Shown in pieces: positions 58,277-64,000 of a DNA stretch of 64,000 nt; within the stretch, counting starts at the first letter, position 1, and each line of letters starts with the position of its first letter. The notes under the pieces were generated by a model. It saw nothing but the letters and a program-made list of their open reading frames with translations. It was not told where the DNA came from and searched no databases. Origin of the DNA: an uncultured Clostridia bacterium. Lineage in GTDB: Bacteria; Bacillota; Clostridia; Oscillospirales; Acutalibacteraceae. The translations under genes and the position numbers were made by a program. Location of the stretch: assembly GCA_937892905.1 (NCBI GenBank), contig CALBHS010000177.1, forward strand, positions 25,286 through 89,285, in the 5' to 3' direction.

Positions 58277-59425
58277 TCAGATTTTCTGAAGCGTTTCTCC
58301 CGCTTCCATGGCACTTCTCATTCTCAGAGGAATACTTCTCATAAGCTCACCTCTGATGTCGTTCTCGTTCACAACCATTTTTAAGAATTCTTTTTTTAAC
58401 GGCTCGGCGTCAGTCATTGAGCCGAAATTCAGAACGTATTTCTCTTCACCGAAAATGTCCTTTGCAATTCCCCTCGCTTTAACGCTGTAACCGAGAGCAA
58501 CCGTGGGTACTCCGCTTGAATATGCGGCAATGGTTGCGTGGGTTCTTGCGCCGATAAAAAATCTTGTATGTGCAATATAACCCTTATACTGTCTTGCGTC
58601 AAAAGTCGGCGGCAAAATCGTTATTCTGCCCGTGTCGGCAAATTTGTCATAGAAGGGCTTCATATAATCATAGTCGTTATTGTTATCCTCGACAACATGA
58701 GGAATAAGCATTATTTTCATTGTTGTGTTTTTAAATACAAAGCTTATAAAATCCTCGACGATTTCTCTTTTTTTCGGATCGCCCTTTGTGATAAGGGGAC
58801 TTATATTAAATCCGAGCGTGTTTTCTCTTGTAAAGCCCTCTATCGGCTCTACATCTGCCCTTTCTAAGCAAAAGGCCGGATCGGAATATAAGTATATATT
58901 ATCATTTGCTGCTTTCTCTTTCAGAAGCTCATATGTAATCGGCTCTCTTGCAAAGATTGCGTCAAAATCGGCAAGACTTTCAAGCTTTTCGTCAGAGAGA
59001 TCCTCTGCGCCGATCGAGGCACCCCAAAGCACTGTTTTCTTCCCTGCTTTTTTAAGCTCTCTTGTCAACACACGAATTCCGTGATTATCCCCGTAGCAAT
59101 ATGTATCACCGCCTACAGAAAGACAAATGTCGCTTTTCTCTGCATCGGACACAATCGGCGAATACATTTTTTCAAGTGCATACTCCTCGGACTTGTTTAT
59201 TTTCAAATCCATCACGGCAATTATTTTTTCGGGAATTGTCAGCTCTCTACGAACTGCCGGCTTCACTTCAACACCCTTAATTATTTTATCTGCTTCGGCA
59301 TCATTTGAAGAAAGAATAAATTCCGCCTTTTCGTCACTGTTTTCAATAATGTTGACAGTACCTCTGACAAGCGCCTCGCAGCCATGGTTTTTGCTGCCGG
59401 CATGATTAAACATAAAATACTTCAT
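58277..59425 (-). CDS. Polysaccharide pyruvyl transferase family protein
   Basis: The MKYFMFNHAGSKNHGCEAL N-terminus and overall layout are typical of the CsaB/WcaK-type family. Start set at Met80 of the track ORF. Confidence 0.8.
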   Translation of the reverse strand: MKYFMFNHAGSKNHGCEALVRGTVNIIENSDEKAEFILSSNDAEADKIIKGVEVKPAVRRELTIPEKIIAVMDLKINKSEEYALEKMYSPIVSDAEKSDICLSVGGDTYCYGDNHGIRVLTRELKKAGKKTVLWGASIGAEDLSDEKLESLADFDAIFAREPITYELLKEKAANDNIYLYSDPAFCLERADVEPIEGFTRENTLGFNISPLITKGDPKKREIVEDFISFVFKNTTMKIMLIPHVVEDNNNDYDYMKPFYDKFADTGRITILPPTFDARQYKGYIAHTRFFIGARTHATIAAYSSGVPTVALGYSVKARGIAKDIFGEEKYVLNFGSMTDAEPLKKEFLKMVVNENDIRGELMRSIPLRMRSAMEAGETLQKI

Positions 59426-59435
59426 TATAAAATCC

Positions 59436-60578
59436 TCATCTGAAAAGTTTTCTTCCCGGTAGGAAATAATCTGATTGATACATATAAATCTGATATGCCA
59501 TAAATCGTGAATATAGGAAGAACAATAAAACAAGTCCGGTTGTGTATATCGCGCGATCCTTTTGCTTAACGGCATAGAAAACAACCCATCCCGTAAAGAT
59601 AATGAAAAACGGCTGCAAGTAAATTCCCAGTCTTGCAAAAATCCAGTTATAGCTGGCAACAATGTATACTGCCATGTTGAGGAACGCCATATTTATCAGA
59701 ATATCTCCGATATGTCCGAGCTTATTCATTCTCTCACGGTTAAGGTAAGCAACAACAATCGGTGCTGCGGCAACGACAGCCCTGAACAAGCTGCTTCCGC
59801 CCTCTTTACCCTCGGTAAACCAACCGTTATCGGCATATGCCGCATAGCTTGTATCTCTAAGTGCATTTAAAAACGAAGGCAGTATAGCGTCAAAGCAAAC
59901 CGTTACAATAACACTGCCCAATACGATTATATAGGAGCTTCTTTTCCACGCCTTTCTGCGTACAATAAAAAACACGACTAACATTATTATGGCACTGCTG
60001 TGCATCCAGTACGCCAGTATAACGAAAATGGCATATTTAAAAAACGCTCCGCGTTTCATCGAAAAAAGGAATTTTGTTCCGAGCAAAATTATTGCCGCGG
60101 CCATATATTGGCGCATTCCGTCCATCATTCCGCCGAGATATCCGTATGCAACAAACATATAAATAGACAATTCAAACGGCGATGAATAAAAATAAAAAAT
60201 CAGCAGCGGCGGAACCAATGCAATTACGGCACAAATAAAAATCAAAATCTGCGGATCATCCGTATGATTTCTGATAATATTCTGAATAAATTCAAACATT
60301 CTGCCTTCGGTTATCATTGACAGCGAAACTTCATTTTCATCCGGCATTCCCTGAAAGGAATACATATAAAAATAGGTATCTCCGATAGTTCTTCTGAGTC
60401 CTGCGAATGAAACATAAAAGGCAATCGGAAAGATAGCGGCGATAGGATTAGGTAACGGCTGACCAAGACCTCCTTGTGCCTTGAGCGGAAACGAACGAGC
60501 TGCCATTGCAATAAGACACATCGCAAACGTGGCAACCCAAACGACTATTTCGTAGAAGTCAAAATCAAAATTAATCAT
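59436..60578 (-). CDS. EpsG family membrane protein (Wzy-type polymerase candidate)
   Basis: Polytopic membrane protein with the RRTIGDTYFYMYSF motif characteristic of EpsG. The start at 60578 (GGAGAAAGGA SD) or at 60620 is ambiguous. Confidence 0.7.
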   Translation of the reverse strand: MINFDFDFYEIVVWVATFAMCLIAMAARSFPLKAQGGLGQPLPNPIAAIFPIAFYVSFAGLRRTIGDTYFYMYSFQGMPDENEVSLSMITEGRMFEFIQNIIRNHTDDPQILIFICAVIALVPPLLIFYFYSSPFELSIYMFVAYGYLGGMMDGMRQYMAAAIILLGTKFLFSMKRGAFFKYAIFVILAYWMHSSAIIMLVVFFIVRRKAWKRSSYIIVLGSVIVTVCFDAILPSFLNALRDTSYAAYADNGWFTEGKEGGSSLFRAVVAAAPIVVAYLNRERMNKLGHIGDILINMAFLNMAVYIVASYNWIFARLGIYLQPFFIIFTGWVVFYAVKQKDRAIYTTGLVLLFFLYSRFMAYQIYMYQSDYFLPGRKLFR

Positions 60579-60606
60579 TCCGTTCCTTTCTCCGTAGAAA
60601 AAATCT

Positions 60607-61719
60607 CTAACAATATCCATCGTAAACCGTTTCCACTTCGTTTAATACTTTTTCTTTTGAAAAAGGTTCCGCAAGTTTTACACCGTTATCCGAAAGCTTA
60701 TTATACAAATCTTTATTATTATTTATCAGCCTTATTTTGTCTGCCATTGCCGCATCATCGTTCGGTGAAATGATATATCCGTTATATCCGTCACGGCATA
60801 ATTCGCGATGCCCTCTGTTGTCGGCAAGAACTACGGGAAGTCCGCACGCCATAGCCTCCATTACATTGACGGGCAAGCCCTCGCGAAGACTGGAACACAC
60901 TGCGATATCGCTCATATGCACAAGATCGCTCACGTCATTTCTGTGTCCGAGGAATTCAACACAGTCGGACACTCCGAGTTCTTCTGCGAGCCTGATATAT
61001 CTGCCGTTATAATTATCCGCTCCGACCAAAAGCAAGCGATATTTTCCGTCAGCTTTTTTCAGCCTTTGCATGGCACGAATCAGCATTCCCTGATTCTTAT
61101 TTTCATTCATCTCCGCAACATAGATCAGGACTGTTTCATCAGTATCATAGCCCTTTTCACGGCGAAGTCTTAATTTCTCTTCATCTGTCACTTTATAAAA
61201 AAGATCGCTGTTAAAACCGACACCGTTGACCTTAACTGTTTTTTTTGCTTTTAAATGCTTTTTGGCAAATTCATAGTCTTCGTTATTTATCGTTATCAGG
61301 CAATCCGTTACCGTTGAAAAAGCAAGCTCGATCGGATAAAAAACAAGCCAGTTAAGAAGCGGCGCTCCCTTATAAAAATGAAAGCCGTGGGCTGTGTAAA
61401 TAACCTTCACACCTTTTTTTCTTTCGCCCATCGCGGCAAGTCTTGCAAGAATTCCACCCATCGGAGTATGGCAATGTATAATGCTGTAGCCGCCGTTTTT
61501 TATAATTGATTTCAGCTCTTTATATGCCTTTAAATTTTCTCTGTCGGCAGGGGAGCGTCTGATGGGAATTTCAAACCTATTGTCGCAATACGGCAATTCT
61601 CTGTCGCCGTGGCAGGCAACATCCACTTGCCACCCTTTTTCTTTAAACAACTTAAAACAAGGCAAATGAAAATAAAAAAAATGTTCCGCAACCGTTGCGA
61701 CAAAAAGTATTTTTTTCAT
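60607..61719 (-). CDS. Glycosyltransferase family 4 (GT-B)
   Basis: MKKILFVATVAEHF... N-terminus and a C-terminal SLREGLPVNVMEAMACGLPVV motif. Confidence 0.85.
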   Translation of the reverse strand: MKKILFVATVAEHFFYFHLPCFKLFKEKGWQVDVACHGDRELPYCDNRFEIPIRRSPADRENLKAYKELKSIIKNGGYSIIHCHTPMGGILARLAAMGERKKGVKVIYTAHGFHFYKGAPLLNWLVFYPIELAFSTVTDCLITINNEDYEFAKKHLKAKKTVKVNGVGFNSDLFYKVTDEEKLRLRREKGYDTDETVLIYVAEMNENKNQGMLIRAMQRLKKADGKYRLLLVGADNYNGRYIRLAEELGVSDCVEFLGHRNDVSDLVHMSDIAVCSSLREGLPVNVMEAMACGLPVVLADNRGHRELCRDGYNGYIISPNDDAAMADKIRLINNNKDLYNKLSDNGVKLAEPFSKEKVLNEVETVYDGYC

Positions 61720-61737
61720 TACGGAGCATCCTTTCAT

Positions 61738-62367
61738 TCAGACTCTCTCTGTTTCTTTATTTCCGCTGAATTTTTCCATTGTGTTTTCTTTTCCGCTGTT
61801 TATTCCGTCCTGGCGAATAACATTTTGAATGGTTTTGAAAAATATTTTCATATCCATAAGAAAACCGTAATGGTCAACATAATAAATATCATAAGAAAAT
61901 TTTTCATCCCAAGTCAGCGTGTTGCGTCCGTTTACCTGCGCCCAACCTGAGATTCCGGGTAAAACATCATGTCTTCGCATCTGTTCCGGCGAATACAGAT
62001 CAAGGTATTCAATAAGCAGCGGCCTGGGACCGATAAAGCTCATATCGCCCTTGATAATATTGAAAAGCTGCGGCAGCTCGTCCACGCTTGTCTTTCTGAG
62101 AATTCTGCCGATTTTTGTCATTCTTTCAAAATCGCTCAGTTCTCTGCCATTTTCGTCACAGAGCTTTGTTGACATCGTTCTGAACTTATAAACCGTAAAT
62201 ATCTTACCGTTTTTCCCCGGTCTTTTTTGCTTAAAAAGAACCGGGCCGTCACGATTTGCCGCAATAAGGATTGCCGACAAAATCATAAGCGGCGACAACA
62301 ATATCGCCAGCAAAACCGCCGTCAGCAAATCCATTATTCTTTTAATATACTTATACACCCGATTCAC
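61738..62367 (-). CDS. Small monotopic phosphoglycosyl (sugar) transferase, PglC/WcfS/EpsL-like
   Basis: 209 aa with one N-terminal re-entrant helix, and KFRTM, DELPQL and SFIGPRP motifs. Confidence 0.9.
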   Translation of the reverse strand: MNRVYKYIKRIMDLLTAVLLAILLSPLMILSAILIAANRDGPVLFKQKRPGKNGKIFTVYKFRTMSTKLCDENGRELSDFERMTKIGRILRKTSVDELPQLFNIIKGDMSFIGPRPLLIEYLDLYSPEQMRRHDVLPGISGWAQVNGRNTLTWDEKFSYDIYYVDHYGFLMDMKIFFKTIQNVIRQDGINSGKENTMEKFSGNKETERV

Positions 62368-62386
62368 TCTCTCGCAAAAAATTCAA

Positions 62387-64000
62387 TCAATTAATTTCAG
62401 CTTCATGATAATTCGGAACAATTTCTTTAATAATTCCTCTTACCTCATTTTCATCGGCTTTCTTAAGTTTTTCAAGCTCCTGCTCAAAGAGATTGTCGTC
62501 CATATCGACAGGCTTGGTAACAAATATTTTGTTGTTTGCCGTCATCTTTCTCTCATCGCTTTCTTCGTCAAGCACAAGCTCCTCATAGAGCTTTTCACCC
62601 GGACGAAGACCGGAGAATTTGATTTCAATTTCTGTATAGGGCTTATATCCCGAAAGCATGATAAGGTTCTCGGCAAGAGTAACTATTTTAACGGGTTCTC
62701 CCATATCGAGAACAAAAATTTCTCCGCCCTTTGCAAGACCGCCTGCCTGAACAACAAGCTGTGCGGCTTCGGGAATAGTCATAAAATATCTTGTTATATT
62801 CGGATGCGTTACCATAACCGGTCCGCCGTTTTTAATCTGCTCTGTAAAAATCGGAATTACACTTCCGCTTGAACCGAGAACATTGCCGAAGCGTACAGCG
62901 GCAAAGATCGTGCTGTTTTTGCATTTGCGTTCAAAGTACTGCACAATCATCTCGGTAATTCTTTTTGTGGCGCCCATGACGTTAGCCGGATTAACGGCCT
63001 TGTCCGATGATATGTTTACAAAACGCTTTACATTATATTCGACAGCGATGCTCGCAACATTGAATGTGCCGAAAACATTATTTTTAACCGCTTCTTTCGG
63101 ACTGTCCTCCATGAGCGGAACGTGTTTATGCGCCGCCGCATGAAAAACAATCGACGGGTGGAACTCTTCAAAAATCTCTCTGAGTCTTGCCTGATCTCTG
63201 ACAGATCCTATCCTGATATCAATTTCGGGATTGCCGTGATGATATGCGTCAAGCTGCTGCTTGAGAAGATATGCGCTGTTCTCATATATATCGAACACAA
63301 CGATTTTTTTCGGGTGATATTTTGAAACCTGACGGCAAAGCTCGCTTCCGATAGAACCGCCGCCGCCCGTTACAAGTACGACCTGATCCTTAAGATATCC
63401 GCAGACATCTCTGTTCAGTTCAACTTCGGGTCTTGAGAGAAGATCCGTAATATTTACATCTCTGATTCTTCCGCCCTTGGAGGTATCGGTCATTTCCAGA
63501 AGGCTCGGAGAGGTTTTGAGCTTACATCCTGTCTTGACCGCTATGCGGAGAATTTCCGTCTGCCTTTCGCTGTCAACCGACGGCAGGCACATGATTATCG
63601 TGTTAATGTTATATTTTTTTGCAAGTTCGGGTATCTGATCGCAGGTTCCCTTGACAGGAATTCCGCGAATTCTTTTTCCGACCTTAAGAGGGTTGTCGTC
63701 TACGGCAATAATCGGTTTGCCCCTTGCATAGTTGTTAACTTCAAGCTCGTTAATAATGATCATTCCCATATCGCCCGCGCCGACGATCATTACACGATCG
63801 AGTTTTTCGTCCATCTTGAGATTTCTCTCACGGTAATATCTTCTTACAAGGCGATATATAATTCTCATTCCCGCAACAAGTATAATTGCGACGAGAGTTC
63901 CGAAAATATAAAAGAAAGCGTCAAAACAACCGTTTTTAAGTTGGGAAGCAGCTCCGCCGATGCTGGAAAGAATCAAATCAACGGCAATTCCCGAAATTCC
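62387..64000 (-). CDS. Membrane-bound NDP-sugar 4,6-dehydratase (CapD/PglF/WbpM family); 5-prime end is outside the window
   Basis: Two Rossmann motifs (VMIVGAGDMG, VLVTGGGGSIGSEL). The frame stays open from the track start 63976 (TTG) to position 64000, so the gene continues upstream. Confidence 0.88.
   Translation of the reverse strand, partial: GISGIAVDLILSSIGGAASQLKNGCFDAFFYIFGTLVAIILVAGMRIIYRLVRRYYRERNLKMDEKLDRVMIVGAGDMGMIIINELEVNNYARGKPIIAVDDNPLKVGKRIRGIPVKGTCDQIPELAKKYNINTIIMCLPSVDSERQTEILRIAVKTGCKLKTSPSLLEMTDTSKGGRIRDVNITDLLSRPEVELNRDVCGYLKDQVVLVTGGGGSIGSELCRQVSKYHPKKIVVFDIYENSAYLLKQQLDAYHHGNPEIDIRIGSVRDQARLREIFEEFHPSIVFHAAAHKHVPLMEDSPKEAVKNNVFGTFNVASIAVEYNVKRFVNISSDKAVNPANVMGATKRITEMIVQYFERKCKNSTIFAAVRFGNVLGSSGSVIPIFTEQIKNGGPVMVTHPNITRYFMTIPEAAQLVVQAGGLAKGGEIFVLDMGEPVKIVTLAENLIMLSGYKPYTEIEIKFSGLRPGEKLYEELVLDEESDERKMTANNKIFVTKPVDMDDNLFEQELEKLKKADENEVRGIIKEIVPNYHEAEIN

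Noticed and set aside
1-64000. A window-wide look for CRISPR arrays, transposases or integrases, prophage genes, restriction-modification, toxin-antitoxin or other defence modules, rRNA genes and further tRNAs.
   Set aside because: None was found by eye. All long ORFs are accounted for by housekeeping, transport or EPS functions. The only mobile-element signature is the non-coding MITE at 16438-16611.

Overview
Mostly housekeeping chromosomal segment of a moderate-GC, spore-forming Clostridia genome. A dockerin module, SpoIIE and the gene order suggest Oscillospiraceae/Ruminococcaceae, but that is inference only. The window is gene dense. The core is a complete S10-spc-alpha ribosomal super-operon on the minus strand (rpsJ at 47839 down to rplQ at 32693, 31 genes). 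It includes rpmJ and rpmD, which are too short for the ORF track and were recovered by hand. Downstream on the same strand lie hemW, pepP, efp, a zinc-ribbon protein gene, a NUDIX hydrolase gene and maf. Other conserved genes are rlmB, spoIIE, typA, ribF, a family-4 UDG, leuS, rsfS, yqeK, lepA, metY and one tRNA-Ala(CGC). Accessory content: a lipase-like hydrolase with a membrane-anchored dockerin/CBM2-like protein; a PadR-DUF1700 pair; an ABC-2 exporter; two MFS/GPH transporters; a MATE pump with a MerR regulator; two exported phosphoesterases; and the distal ~12 kb of a Wzy-type exopolysaccharide locus (52154 to the window end). I found no CRISPR array, transposase, integrase, phage gene or recognisable defence or toxin-antitoxin module. 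There is no clear multi-gene novel system. The strongest candidates for new biology are small or regulatory: (1) a Cys/Met-codon-rich leader peptide plus terminator in front of metY, where an S-box or T-box would be expected; (2) a fused Wzz/BY-kinase with a ~59-residue Gly-Tyr repeat tail; (3) a 174-bp MITE with perfect 18-bp TIRs and a 9-bp target duplication inserted into a REP-like hairpin upstream of leuS; (4) a ~285-nt structured leader with an internal terminator upstream of rpsJ; (5) an L24 carrying a CxxC...CxxC knuckle pair; (6) an EPS locus whose gene set resembles that used to predict zwitterionic polysaccharides. All product calls come from reading the translations. No database search was run.
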